DNA from: an uncultured virus (IMG/VR IMGVR_UViG_3300001680_000191)
Taxonomy: Duplodnaviria > Heunggongvirae > Uroviricota > Caudoviricetes
IMG/VR virus record: IMGVR_UViG_3300001680_000191
Coordinates: 1-64,000 of that record
DNA: 64,000 nucleotides
Reading direction: 5' to 3' (one strand)
Shown here: positions 28,668 through 38,467 of the stretch, piece after piece
Position numbering within the stretch: the first letter of the stretch is position 1
Layout: each line of letters begins with the position of its first letter
The notes under the pieces: generated by a model
Databases searched by the model: none
What the model was told of the DNA's origin: nothing
The model's input: only the letters and a program-made list of their open reading frames with translations
Made by a program: the position numbers and the translations under genes

Positions 28668-31600
28668 TGGATCGTCAAGAATCCAAGATTAAGTTTGTTG
28701 GTCTGCACGCACATTCAGTTGCAGGCTCTATTTTTGATGCGGTGGGATACCCGCAAGAGCATATGGATTTTGCATATGAGAATGGCTCGGACGCCTTAGC
28801 ACTGACGGATCATGGAAACATGAATGGTCTTTCGTGGCAGGTGCTCCATGCCAAGAAGATGAAAGCGGAAGGGAGAGATTTTAAACCCATCTTCGGGGTG
28901 GAGGCATACTTTACCACATCGATTAAAGAGTGGCGCGAAGCGTATGATACTGAGATGGCAGACAAGAAGAAAGCCCGCAGCGCAAAGAAGGACACACAGT
29001 CCGGAGCCACAGTCGAGGATGAAGGAGATACTAAGAATGCACAGCCGATCTTGAAGCGCCGGCGACACCTTATTCTCCTAGCACAAAATCAGACGGGACT
29101 AAACAATTTATTCAAGCTAATATCTCACAGCTATACCGATGATTATTTCTATCGGTACCCGCGAATGGACTATGATCTGCTCCGGAAGCACTCAGAAGGC
29201 GTTATCGCTGCGTCTGCATGCTTGGGTGGGGTGTACGCTGGAAACTACTGGGAGAACCGCGAGAAGGGACCAGAGGCTGTTTTAAACGCTATGCGTGAAA
29301 CGACAGTGGAAATGCAATCTATTTTCGGAGACAGATGGTACGCCGAATTACAGTGGAACAACATTCAAGAACAGCATGAGTTGAATCAATACATTATTCA
29401 AATGGCAAAGGACTTTGACCTTAAACTAATTTCTACCGCAGACAGCCATTACCCGAACCCTGAAGCTTGGAAAGATAGAGAGATGTATAAGCGCCTCGGC
29501 TGGCTTGGGAAGGGAAAACCACAATGGAAGAAAGGACAAGAGACTGACGGAGAAAAAGAAGAGGTACTTCCTGAATCGGTAGACGTAATTGGTTATGAGC
29601 TATATCCCAAGAACGGTGATCAGATGTGGGAGAGTTACCAGAAGTACACAGAAGATAGTGATTTCAGTTACGATGATGATCTGGTATTAGAGAGCATCGA
29701 GGAGACTTATCGGATTGCTCATGAGCGAATCGAAAACTTCATGCCAGACGCCACTGTGCGGCTGCCAGACTTTGTAGTTCCAGAGGGAGCAACAGCTACG
29801 GAAGCGCTTCTACGCTATGCGATTGATGGGCTCCGACTTATGGATCTTCATAAAAATCCTGAATATGTTAAGCGACTGAAATATGAGTTAGACGTTATTG
29901 ACGGCCGCGGCTTCAGTAAATATTTCCTGACGATGAAGGCGATCACTGACGAAGCTGCAGACATTATGCTGGTTGGACCAGGCCGCGGCAGCGCATGTGG
30001 ATCGCTGGTGGCGTATGTGCTGAAAATCACCCAGATTGATCCTATCAAATATAACCTACCCTTCGAACGCTTCCTGCGTTCAGACGCTACAGACTACCCC
30101 GATATTGATACCGATGTATCCGACAGCATGGCTCTGAAGGAGAGGCTGATTGAGAAGTGGGGCGCCGACCGCGTAGCACCCATCTCCAACTGGAATACTC
30201 TTCAACTACGCTCACTTATTAAGGACATTTCTAAACTGTATGAGATTCCATTCACTGAGGTCAACACTGTAACCAGCGTCATGATGCGTGAAGCCACAGG
30301 TCCCTCCAAACAGCGCCACGGCATCACTGCCGGCGTGTATGTACCGACATGGGAAGAGGTGTTGGAGTTCTCTCCTACACTTAGGACATACCTGGCTCGC
30401 TACCCCGAGGTGGCTGCACGTGTAGCCGGCTTGGTTGGGCAGGTACGCTCATGTTCACGACATGCAGGAGGGCTGCTCGTCTCTGAGAATCTTAATGAGA
30501 ACATGCCGCTTATTAATAGTGGTGGAGTGCGCCAGTCGCCTTGGGCTGAAGGACAGAACGTTCGTCACCTTGAGCCGCTGGGCTTCATTAAGTTTGATTT
30601 GCTTGGGCTTTCAACGTTAAAGATGATTGAGGGTTGCATCGAACATATTCTTCGACGCCATCACGGAATAGAAGAGCCGACGTTCGAGGATATCAAAAAG
30701 TATTATAACGAAAAGCTCCACCCCGACGCTATTGATTTGAACGATCAGAAGGTATATAAGAATGTTTTTCATCGCGGCAAGTTCGCAGGAACTTTTCAGT
30801 TCACTAACTCAGGGGCTCAAGAATTTTGTAAGAGTGTAAAGCCTACGAATATTGCGGAGATCTCCGCGGTCACCAGTATCTTTCGTCCCGGGCCATTGTC
30901 AGCCAAGGTCCACGAACAGTACATTGCCGCCAAGGAAGGGCATGCTGACATCGAGTGGTACCACCCCCTCTTCAAAGAGATAACAGAAGAGAGTTATGGC
31001 CATGTTATTTTCCAAGAGCAGATTTCTGAGATCACTCACCGGATTGGCAAGGACATTTCCCGAGACGATGGTAATACTATCCGCAAGCTTTTGACCAAGC
31101 GCGGCACAGGTAAAGAACATCTCCTGATTGAGTTTAAGCAGCAGTTTGTTCAAGGAGCGAACGAAAAGGGAATGTCCATCAGAACTGCAGAAGAGATCTG
31201 GGAACTTATGGAAGGCTTTGCTAAGTATGGTTTCTCTAAGAACCATGCAACAGCATATAGTATCATTTCTTACCAGTGTGCATGGCTCTGGACTTATTAT
31301 ACTGCAGAGTGGGCCGCAGCGTTTCTGGACAAAGAGCCGGAAGCACGCAAAGAACGCGCCATCAACACAGTCAAGAGCCACGGATTTAATATCGAACCAC
31401 TTGATGTCAATAAATCAGGCGTTGTGTGGGAGATTAGCAAAGATGGAAAGACACTAATCCAGCCGCTTACATCCATTAAGGGGCTTGGCATGGCAGCTAT
31501 CGAACAGGTATTAGAGAATCGCCCCTTCATGAACGCAGAGGATCTATTGTTCCGCGAAGGGGTATCCTACAGCAAACTTAATAAGAAGGCACTAGATGCT

Positions 31601-32122
31601 TTGTGTCGAGGTGGAGCGCTGGATCAGATTGTAGATGATCGCTTTACGGGACGTAAACACTTCTGGTCTTCTTGTGTGGTTAACCGCCCTAAGAATCTTA
31701 AGAAGCTAGCAGACAACATAGAGTTGTATAGACCCGAGGGGGACTTTACAGAAGCAGAGATCATCCAGTTCAAGACGGATCTCACGGGAGTATTCCCGAT
31801 GAACCTAGTAATTGGACCAGAGATGATCCAGAAGCTTAAAGAAAAGTTTATCCCCCCAATTTCTGAGTTTGATCCAGAGCTTCAGGTGTGTTGGTTTATT
31901 CCACGCCAGATCACAGCGCGCAAGACCAAAAATGGAAAGCTTTATTGGATCGTTGAGGTGATTGACTCTAACAACGAACTAACTAGAATTAGGTGCTGGG
32001 CAGTTAAACCCGAGAAAGATAAGATTCACTTAAACCGACCCTACATGGCTAAGTTAAAGTATGATGAGAACTGGGGCTTTTCAACCTATGCTATCGGACA
32101 AACATTTAGGCTATTAGGATAG
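28667..32122 (+). CDS. dnaE: DNA polymerase III alpha subunit (family C)
   Basis: PHP domain LHAHS, LTDHG, DSHY; GPGRGSACGSLVAY; PDIDTD; KFDLLGL; FSKNHATAY. Confidence 0.96.
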   Translation: MDRQESKIKFVGLHAHSVAGSIFDAVGYPQEHMDFAYENGSDALALTDHGNMNGLSWQVLHAKKMKAEGRDFKPIFGVEAYFTTSIKEWREAYDTEMADKKKARSAKKDTQSGATVEDEGDTKNAQPILKRRRHLILLAQNQTGLNNLFKLISHSYTDDYFYRYPRMDYDLLRKHSEGVIAASACLGGVYAGNYWENREKGPEAVLNAMRETTVEMQSIFGDRWYAELQWNNIQEQHELNQYIIQMAKDFDLKLISTADSHYPNPEAWKDREMYKRLGWLGKGKPQWKKGQETDGEKEEVLPESVDVIGYELYPKNGDQMWESYQKYTEDSDFSYDDDLVLESIEETYRIAHERIENFMPDATVRLPDFVVPEGATATEALLRYAIDGLRLMDLHKNPEYVKRLKYELDVIDGRGFSKYFLTMKAITDEAADIMLVGPGRGSACGSLVAYVLKITQIDPIKYNLPFERFLRSDATDYPDIDTDVSDSMALKERLIEKWGADRVAPISNWNTLQLRSLIKDISKLYEIPFTEVNTVTSVMMREATGPSKQRHGITAGVYVPTWEEVLEFSPTLRTYLARYPEVAARVAGLVGQVRSCSRHAGGLLVSENLNENMPLINSGGVRQSPWAEGQNVRHLEPLGFIKFDLLGLSTLKMIEGCIEHILRRHHGIEEPTFEDIKKYYNEKLHPDAIDLNDQKVYKNVFHRGKFAGTFQFTNSGAQEFCKSVKPTNIAEISAVTSIFRPGPLSAKVHEQYIAAKEGHADIEWYHPLFKEITEESYGHVIFQEQISEITHRIGKDISRDDGNTIRKLLTKRGTGKEHLLIEFKQQFVQGANEKGMSIRTAEEIWELMEGFAKYGFSKNHATAYSIISYQCAWLWTYYTAEWAAAFLDKEPEARKERAINTVKSHGFNIEPLDVNKSGVVWEISKDGKTLIQPLTSIKGLGMAAIEQVLENRPFMNAEDLLFREGVSYSKLNKKALDALCRGGALDQIVDDRFTGRKHFWSSCVVNRPKNLKKLADNIELYRPEGDFTEAEIIQFKTDLTGVFPMNLVIGPEMIQKLKEKFIPPISEFDPELQVCWFIPRQITARKTKNGKLYWIVEVIDSNNELTRIRCWAVKPEKDKIHLNRPYMAKLKYDENWGFSTYAIGQTFRLLG

Positions 32123-32125
32123 AGT

Positions 32126-32731
32126 ATGAACGTTATGAAATATTTTAGCCCTCTCTTGAAGGAACCTAAATTTATTGATGACCTCCCCACGTTAATCAGA
32201 GTACGCAAGTTTGATGAGCCTGCAGCTAAAGAGTTTTCAAATTTGATGAGCAAAGCGCAAAACTCGGGTCAACCTGTGGTCCCTGTTATTATAGATAGTT
32301 ACGGAGGACAGGTCTACAGTCTAATGGCGATGATTTCCGACATCAGGCATTCAAAAATCCCAGTGGCCACCATTGTGCAAGGTAAGGCAATGTCATGCGG
32401 AGCTATCTTGTTTAGTTTCGGTACCGAGGGGTACAGATATATGGACCCAGACGCCACTCTTATGATTCACGACGTAAGCTCGATGGAAATTGGGAAAGTC
32501 GAAGAGATTAAAGCCTCGGCCGAAGAAACAGAACGACTTAATCAAAAAATATATTCGATGATGGCAGAGAACTGTGGGCACCATAAAGATTATTTTTTAG
32601 ATATTGTACATGAAAAAAGCCACGCTGACTGGTTTTTAGAAGCAGACGAGTGTAAGAAGTACAACTTAGCCAATCATTTACACATCCCAGAGCTAAAGAT
32701 TAAAGCTACCGTGGATTTTGAGTTTAAGTAG
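32126..32731 (+). CDS. clpP: ClpP-like protease
   Basis: IDSYGGQV, GKAMSCG, LMIHD, WFLEADEC. Confidence 0.88.
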   Translation: MNVMKYFSPLLKEPKFIDDLPTLIRVRKFDEPAAKEFSNLMSKAQNSGQPVVPVIIDSYGGQVYSLMAMISDIRHSKIPVATIVQGKAMSCGAILFSFGTEGYRYMDPDATLMIHDVSSMEIGKVEEIKASAEETERLNQKIYSMMAENCGHHKDYFLDIVHEKSHADWFLEADECKKYNLANHLHIPELKIKATVDFEFK

Positions 32732-32766
32732 GTCCGCGGGCTATTTAAGGTGCGGGGTTCTATAGC

Positions 32767-33468
32767 ATGGCTGCATCAGATAAAATAAGATGGAAGAGAA
32801 TGGTAAATGAAATACGATTTCTTCATAATGAAAAGTCCCTAGTGGAAGAAATAAACAAAGAGACGGGCCCGCAGTTTCAGGAGTATTACGTTAGGTTTGC
32901 AGCCGAGAATGGCTTGGATTTGGCTAAATTAAACGCCCAAAACAGCGATATCATTGACAAGCTGTATGGCAAGAAAGCTCCAAAAATTTCTCCGGAAGAG
33001 TTTCCAGATTTTGAAAATGCTAGCGCGGCCGCCCTTGTCCTTTATATTGGTGAATCAGAAGAGCCAGAAACTGAATATAGCGATACACAAGATGATTTAG
33101 AAATTCATGAGTCTTTTAAAAAACTATTCAAGAGGCTTGCATTAAAATTACACCCCGATAAAGTGGGCAGACAGGTAACTATTGAACAGGGGATGGAAAA
33201 TCTGGTATTGTTTAAAGAAGCTAAAAGCGCGCTCGACGAGAAGAAATATTTTGTATTGCTTGACTTAGCAGAGCGGTTCCGTGTCACACAATCACGCAAC
33301 TATAAACAGCAAATTCGGTGGATGAAGCGAGAATCCCAAAGAATCAACTTAACTATTCATAAAGAAAAAGATACCTATAACTATCTTTTTTCTGAATCTG
33401 AAACCGATGAACAAAAGAATGTTCTCGTGAGAAGATTTATTTTACAACTTTTTAAGATTCACGTCTAA
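32767..33468 (+). CDS. J-domain (DnaJ-like) protein
   Basis: FKKLFKRLALKLHPDK contains the HPD motif. Confidence 0.75.
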   Translation: MAASDKIRWKRMVNEIRFLHNEKSLVEEINKETGPQFQEYYVRFAAENGLDLAKLNAQNSDIIDKLYGKKAPKISPEEFPDFENASAAALVLYIGESEEPETEYSDTQDDLEIHESFKKLFKRLALKLHPDKVGRQVTIEQGMENLVLFKEAKSALDEKKYFVLLDLAERFRVTQSRNYKQQIRWMKRESQRINLTIHKEKDTYNYLFSESETDEQKNVLVRRFILQLFKIHV

Positions 33469-33474
33469 AACGAC

Positions 33475-33503
33475 TTGACAGCATCCCCCGATGATGCTAT
33501 ATT
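33475..33503 (+). promoter_or_regulatory. sigma70-like promoter
   Basis: TTGACA-N17-TATATT with TG extension. Confidence 0.7.
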
Positions 33504-33527
33504 AATAGAGTAACAAAGGAGAGCCTA

Positions 33528-33782
33528 ATGGCCACAACACACAACGAGAAGAAGCAATACGTTAAGGAATACATCCGTTCCCTATCAGCAATTGAGGGAT
33601 GCATCGAACCATACCAGGAACAAAAGCGCGAACTACGATCTGAGTTCCGAGAGAATGGCTGGCTTAACACAGACGAGATCCGGGCCGCCGTAAAGGCTTA
33701 CCGTCTTTTCAAGGGTAAGTTCAATATTGACGAAGTTGTAGAGAACTTCGAAATGATCTCTGGAGAGGTTGATGATTCTTGA
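33528..33782 (+). CDS. Small coiled-coil protein, possibly GapR/T4 DsbA-like DNA-binding
   Basis: EYIRSLSAIE...EQKRELRSEFRENG...IRAAVK; AAGGAG RBS. Confidence 0.45.
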   Translation: MATTHNEKKQYVKEYIRSLSAIEGCIEPYQEQKRELRSEFRENGWLNTDEIRAAVKAYRLFKGKFNIDEVVENFEMISGEVDDS

Positions 33783-34227
33783 GTATGCCAAAGTACACGC
33801 AGGGGTTATTGAACCCCAGCGAGCTAACCCCTCGGATGCAGGTTTAGATGTATTTTTCTCGCCAAAGGAATCTGCTACTGTCTTGATTAATCCCGGTGAA
33901 AGCAAGATTCTGGAGACTGGTTTAAAATTTGGAGTACCGCATGGCTACATGTTGGAAGTGAAAAATAGAAGCAGTGTAGCAGCCAAGCGCTCACTCATAG
34001 TCGGCGCCTGTGTCATCGATTCGGGATATGACGGCGAGGTCTTTATCAACCTACACAATGTGGGCAGTGAGATGCAAGTCATTCTACCCGGTAATAAAAT
34101 AGCACAATTAGTAATGATTCCGGTTGTTCACTTTAGGGCCATTGAGACTAGCGAGGAAAGAATTTATATGCACCCCATGACTATAAGCAGACGCGGCAGC
34201 GGAGCCCTAGGGAGCACCGATGGATAA
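33772..34227 (+). CDS. dut: Trimeric dUTPase
   Basis: DAGLD, RSS, VIDSGYDGE, IAQLV, RGSGALGST. Confidence 0.95.
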   Translation: MILEYAKVHAGVIEPQRANPSDAGLDVFFSPKESATVLINPGESKILETGLKFGVPHGYMLEVKNRSSVAAKRSLIVGACVIDSGYDGEVFINLHNVGSEMQVILPGNKIAQLVMIPVVHFRAIETSEERIYMHPMTISRRGSGALGSTDG

Positions 34228-34693
34228 GAACACACAGGTGGTTATGTTTTCGTCAAAGACAGGCGAGTGGTCCACACCACAAGATTTCTTTGATAAACTT
34301 AATTGGCGATTTGGTATTTTTACCCTCGATCCATGCGCAAGCCCCGTCAATGCAAAGTGTGCTAATTTTTTCACTGAAGCAGAAGACGGTCTAGCTAAAA
34401 GTTGGGAGGGCTTTAATTCTTTTATTAACCCTCCTTATGGCCGCGGCATCGAGAAGTGGATTAAAAAAGCATACCAGGAGTCACGACAAGAGGATACTAG
34501 CGTAACCATGCTGATTCCTGCGCGTACTGACACAAAGTATTGGCATGAACACGTTATGAAGGCTGACGAAGTGTATTTCGTGAAGGGTCGCTTAAAGTTT
34601 GGGGACAGTCAAAACTCTGCCCCCTTCCCATCTGCGGTGGTTGTTTTTGACGGAACCAACCGACAGCAAATTTTTGGTGCAATTAACAGATAA
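34220..34693 (+). CDS. Phage N6-adenine DNA methyltransferase
   Basis: EWSTPQ, LDPCA, NPPYGR, LIPARTDT, GRLKF, APFPS. Confidence 0.9.
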   Translation: MDKNTQVVMFSSKTGEWSTPQDFFDKLNWRFGIFTLDPCASPVNAKCANFFTEAEDGLAKSWEGFNSFINPPYGRGIEKWIKKAYQESRQEDTSVTMLIPARTDTKYWHEHVMKADEVYFVKGRLKFGDSQNSAPFPSAVVVFDGTNRQQIFGAINR

Positions 34694-34705
34694 GGAGAAA
34701 TAATT

Positions 34706-35083
34706 GTGACACACGAAACTATAACCGCTGCTCTGCACAACTTACAGGCACAAATTAATGAAATCATGGGGCTTATGAAAGATGCTGCTAAACAGCCATC
34801 CACAACCGAAACCGCCTCAAATATTGTAAAATACTCTCTCCAACTAGCGCAATTAGAGGGGGCTTTTATTACACTCCAGCAACATGCACCTGCGCTTGTG
34901 GAAGTGGCAAACCAATACCCTGTCCCTCCACTTCCCGCGTCCCCACTGGAAGAAGAACCAGAGGTAGAAGAGAAAGAGGGGGAGTTGATCATGACCGAGG
35001 GCATCTCTAGAACATATGACCGCGTGGCGCAAGTTCATGCCGACACTGCCACCGCGGCCGCGGCTGAGGAAGAGGAAGAGTGA
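34706..35083 (+). CDS. Hypothetical protein
   Basis: AAGGAG RBS and GTG start; acidic C-terminus. Confidence 0.65.
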   Translation: MTHETITAALHNLQAQINEIMGLMKDAAKQPSTTETASNIVKYSLQLAQLEGAFITLQQHAPALVEVANQYPVPPLPASPLEEEPEVEEKEGELIMTEGISRTYDRVAQVHADTATAAAAEEEEE

Positions 35084-35352
35084 ATCGTCGAGAGCGCCGC
35101 ACCATGGAAAAAAGCGTAGGTGCGCAAGCCTCCAAGGACATCGCCGATAAAGTTGCTCAGTTCGGAAGAATGCCACAGAAATGTGATGCTTGTCATGAGC
35201 CATTTGACAAGAAAGACAAAGATATGATACAATCGTGGAGTGTTGTAGTCAAGCAAGAAGTAGTGAGGCTATTCTGCCCACACTGCATAAAAAAGACACA
35301 GGAGGCTTTAGAAAATGTCAGTAAAGAAAATATCGAAACAAGCACTGGATAA
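35080..35352 (+). CDS. Small zinc-ribbon protein
   Basis: CDAC...CPHC; MNRRERR N-terminus. Confidence 0.65.
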   Translation: MNRRERRTMEKSVGAQASKDIADKVAQFGRMPQKCDACHEPFDKKDKDMIQSWSVVVKQEVVRLFCPHCIKKTQEALENVSKENIETSTG

Positions 35353-35680
35353 GATAATGGCCGGCCAAGTTCGGGAGCCAGCAACGTGTGTTATTAAATT
35401 TTATTCTAACACCTGCGACCTTTGCCACAACCTGCAAGAATACTACGAAGCAATTGCAGAAAGGGAGGAATTCGCAGACATTCACTTTTTTGCATTCAAT
35501 ATCGACGAACATCCCCTGATTGAAAAAGCTTTAGGCTTTAATGGGGTACCCACTCTTTCGTTAATGAAAGTTGGGATCCCCAAGAAAAGAATCCGAATCC
35601 TAGAAGATCCTGAGAACCCGCATAAGTTGACGTGGTATCGAAGTTCCGAAATCATTGACTTTATTGAAAGGGAGCGATAA
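35315..35680 (+). CDS. Thioredoxin-like protein
   Basis: IKFYSNTCDLC, NID, GVPT. Confidence 0.85.
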   Translation: MSVKKISKQALDKIMAGQVREPATCVIKFYSNTCDLCHNLQEYYEAIAEREEFADIHFFAFNIDEHPLIEKALGFNGVPTLSLMKVGIPKKRIRILEDPENPHKLTWYRSSEIIDFIERER

Positions 35681-36711
35681 TGAAGCGTTCCTTAGCTTAC
35701 GATGATGTACTTCTCGTTCCACAGTACTCTGACATCCGATCTCGGAGTGAAATAGAGACTGACACAGATCTTGGAAACGGATTAGCTTTAGAGTTGCCCC
35801 TCCTTTCGTCGCCGATGGACACAATCTCTGAAAAAGAGATGGCAGTCAGCTTGGCGGCCGCCGGCGCCTGTTCGGTAATTCATAGGTATAATACCATTGA
35901 ACAACAAACAGTCATGGTTTCCAGCGCGATAGAAGAGATAGGTCCCTCCGCACGCGTCGGTGCTGCTGTAGGGGTCAGTGGAGATTTCCTTAATCGTGCC
36001 TCTGTGATGCGCGCAATAGGTGCCAGCTTTATCTGCGTAGATGTTGCCCATGGTCACCACATATTGATGAAGGAAGCACTCCAGACGCTGCGCACAGCCC
36101 TCGGCGATGATCTACACATTATGGCAGGCAACGTAGCCACACTTCAGGGCATTAATGACTTAGCAGATTGGGGTGCAAACTCCGTACGGTGTAATATTGG
36201 AGGAGGATCCATATGTTCCACCCGTATTCAAACCGGACATGGAATGCCCGGATTAGAAACTATTTTTGAGTGTGCCAAAACCGACAGAGATGTAACCATC
36301 ATTGCAGACGGAGGAATAAAAAACTCAGGCGATATAGTTAAAGCATTAGCAGCCGGCGCAGACGCAGTAATGGTTGGGTCGATGCTAGCTGGTACTGACG
36401 AGACCCCCGGGAACATGCTCCAGGATTCTGATGGCAAAAAGTGGAAGGTCTACCGCGGCATGGCCAGCAAGGAAGCACAAATGGACTGGCGCGGCCGCTA
36501 TTCTTCTTTTGAAGGGGTGGCAACAAGAGTACCTTATCGTGGCCCGGTAGAGGTCATCTTGGAAGATATTGAGCGCGGAATCAGATCCGGGTTCTCATAT
36601 TCAGGCGCCCGCAACTTAAAAGAGCTACATGCAGTAGCTCGATTTGTTTCACAAACCTCATCGGGGATCTCAGAAAGCAAAACACACATCTTAGCACGGA
36701 GTTGGAAGTGA
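35680..36711 (+). CDS. guaB: IMP dehydrogenase / GMP reductase family (no CBS domains)
   Basis: YDDVLLVP, SSPMDT, DVAHGH, AGNVAT, GGGSICSTR, IADGG, YRGMAS; GuaB versus GuaC is not fully resolved. Confidence 0.88.
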   Translation: MKRSLAYDDVLLVPQYSDIRSRSEIETDTDLGNGLALELPLLSSPMDTISEKEMAVSLAAAGACSVIHRYNTIEQQTVMVSSAIEEIGPSARVGAAVGVSGDFLNRASVMRAIGASFICVDVAHGHHILMKEALQTLRTALGDDLHIMAGNVATLQGINDLADWGANSVRCNIGGGSICSTRIQTGHGMPGLETIFECAKTDRDVTIIADGGIKNSGDIVKALAAGADAVMVGSMLAGTDETPGNMLQDSDGKKWKVYRGMASKEAQMDWRGRYSSFEGVATRVPYRGPVEVILEDIERGIRSGFSYSGARNLKELHAVARFVSQTSSGISESKTHILARSWK

Positions 36712-37034
36712 GTCAAGAAATCAAGTATGGGAAACTCACAAAGCGAATTGTATTTACAGAAACTGATCACAGACACGCACAATTTATTTTAAGATTAAAG
36801 CATGACAACATAAAACAGTCTGATTTCTTTCGAGCTATAATCACTGGGTATATTGACCAAGACGAGTCTCTTCAATCATATGTAGATTCAGTGTCTCAAC
36901 AATCTCAACTAAAGATATCTAAATCTCGAAAACTTAGAGAAGTGGGCCGAGCTAAAAAAGATAGTATGGGGTTGTCGAATGGGGATGTAACAGATATCTT
37001 TGATCTCATCGCACAGGAGCACCCGGAGTTATGA
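36708..37034 (+). CDS. Hypothetical protein
   Basis: GTGA overlap with the upstream stop; ATGA overlap with the next gene. Confidence 0.6.
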   Translation: MSQEIKYGKLTKRIVFTETDHRHAQFILRLKHDNIKQSDFFRAIITGYIDQDESLQSYVDSVSQQSQLKISKSRKLREVGRAKKDSMGLSNGDVTDIFDLIAQEHPEL

Positions 37035-37279
37035 AAGACTGCTTAAGACCCTGCTCGCGACTGTGCATCGAATCCAAAAAAGAGTGCACGGAGAAAGAAT
37101 GCAGAATGTGGGTCGACTTCCCGGCCGAGTATAACTGTTGTTTAATTTCTATTTATGAAAACGGTTCCATGACGCTCCGCGAGATAGGGGAGAGACTCCA
37201 TATATCTTTTGCTCGGGTAAAACAAATTGAATCAGATGCAGTAAAGAAGATTAGAAAATGGGAGGGAGTAAGAGAATAA
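37031..37279 (+). CDS. Stand-alone sigma70 region 4 (HTH) protein with a Cys-rich N-terminus
   Basis: MTLREIGERLHISFARVKQIESDAVKKIR aligns with sigma70 region 4.2 (TLEEVG...TRERIRQIE.KALRKLR); 7 Cys in the first 37 aa. Confidence 0.8.
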   Translation: MKDCLRPCSRLCIESKKECTEKECRMWVDFPAEYNCCLISIYENGSMTLREIGERLHISFARVKQIESDAVKKIRKWEGVRE

Positions 37280-37357
37280 TGAATACTACAAGGGTTTTAA
37301 CAAAAAGGTACACTATTTATACATGAGTTTAAGGAATATTCAAAGGAGAATTATATA

Positions 37358-37999
37358 ATGGCTCGTAAAACTTTACTAACAGAGAATGAGCTTCGCCAAT
37401 TTATGAAGCTTGCTAACTTGACCCCGATTGGGCAAGTCAAGCTTTCAGAATTTGGTTATAATGACCTTGATGAACAGGAAGCACCCCCCGGAGAGCTTGA
37501 GGATTATGCCGCCGGCGATCTTGAGCGAGGACACCCCGACGAGGCGGCCGCAGACGAGGAAGAGGCCGGACTAGAGATGGGCGATGATGAGCTTGATGCG
37601 GAAGCCGGACTTGAAGATATGGGAGCCGAAGAGGGCGGCGCCGGGATGGTGTCTGTCGATGATTTCATGTCTGCACTTGAGTCTGCCCTAGAGGATGTGC
37701 TGGGTGAGCCCGTCTCGACTGAGATGGATGATGAGCTTGGCGCCGAGGACGATTTAGAAGGCGGCGAGATGGACATGGAAATGGATGTCGAAGCAGGCCC
37801 TGACGATCTTGAGGTTACTGCTTCTGCAGAGGAAGAGGAGCTTCCGGGCATGCGAGATGGAGTTTACGAGGGGAAAAGCCAAGACGATATCGTCAATGAG
37901 GTTGCCCGTCGTGTTGCAGCGCGCTTACAGAAAGAGAATAGCAAGTCGGTGATGGTGGACCAGCTGGCTGAGAGAATCCTTAAGAGATTAACAAAGTAA
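37358..37999 (+). CDS. Very acidic low-complexity protein, probably virion/head-associated
   Basis: Long D/E-rich core; ACTATTTATA motif upstream. Confidence 0.6.
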   Translation: MARKTLLTENELRQFMKLANLTPIGQVKLSEFGYNDLDEQEAPPGELEDYAAGDLERGHPDEAAADEEEAGLEMGDDELDAEAGLEDMGAEEGGAGMVSVDDFMSALESALEDVLGEPVSTEMDDELGAEDDLEGGEMDMEMDVEAGPDDLEVTASAEEEELPGMRDGVYEGKSQDDIVNEVARRVAARLQKENSKSVMVDQLAERILKRLTK

Positions 38000-38000
38000 C

Positions 38001-38029
38001 TTGACATATAGTTCACGATAAGTTATAAT
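38001..38029 (+). promoter_or_regulatory. sigma70 consensus promoter
   Basis: TTGACA-N17-TATAAT. Confidence 0.75.
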
Positions 38030-38030
38030 T

Positions 38031-38060
38031 TAACCACCGGTCAACGCCGGTGGTTATTTA
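38031..38060 (+). terminator. Hairpin (terminator or 5' leader stem)
   Basis: TAACCACCGG-TCAACG-CCGGTGGTTA perfect 10-bp stem followed by TTTA. Confidence 0.6.
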
Positions 38061-38071
38061 CATGGAGAGAC

Positions 38072-38467
38072 ATGAGTTGGCTATTATATGGGTTGGTATT
38101 TATATTCGGGTATATAACCTGTCAAACATTTTATTTTATTAAAAGCAGCCGACTAAGCTTAATAGTGCTTAGAGCTACCCACCTCATATATATATCCAGC
38201 ATGATGAAGGCTGTCGAGCATATGTCGTTTGCTCGTGGAATAGTATTAGAACACATGCTTCGCACGGAGAAGAGTTCTGCGGTCATTAGTATGTTTGAAC
38301 TGCGCCACGAAGAAGAAGTAAGGAATCTTAAGAAAAGGTCCGTGGACCTTTTATTGGACCTGCACCCAGAATTTTTTCAGAGAATGGTGGATTTTGAGAA
38401 CTGGGAAGAAGCTGCTCAATACGTGGATGTCCACAAAGACGTTGTTTTTAAATTTTGGGAGAAATAA
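38072..38467 (+). CDS. Hypothetical membrane-anchored protein
   Basis: N-terminal hydrophobic segment; GGAG RBS. Confidence 0.65.
   Translation: MSWLLYGLVFIFGYITCQTFYFIKSSRLSLIVLRATHLIYISSMMKAVEHMSFARGIVLEHMLRTEKSSAVISMFELRHEEEVRNLKKRSVDLLLDLHPEFFQRMVDFENWEEAAQYVDVHKDVVFKFWEK

Noticed and set aside
21505..32122. Inteins or introns in the helicase, RNR or DnaE
   Set aside because: Lengths are ordinary, motifs are contiguous and no splicing or homing-endonuclease motifs were noticed.
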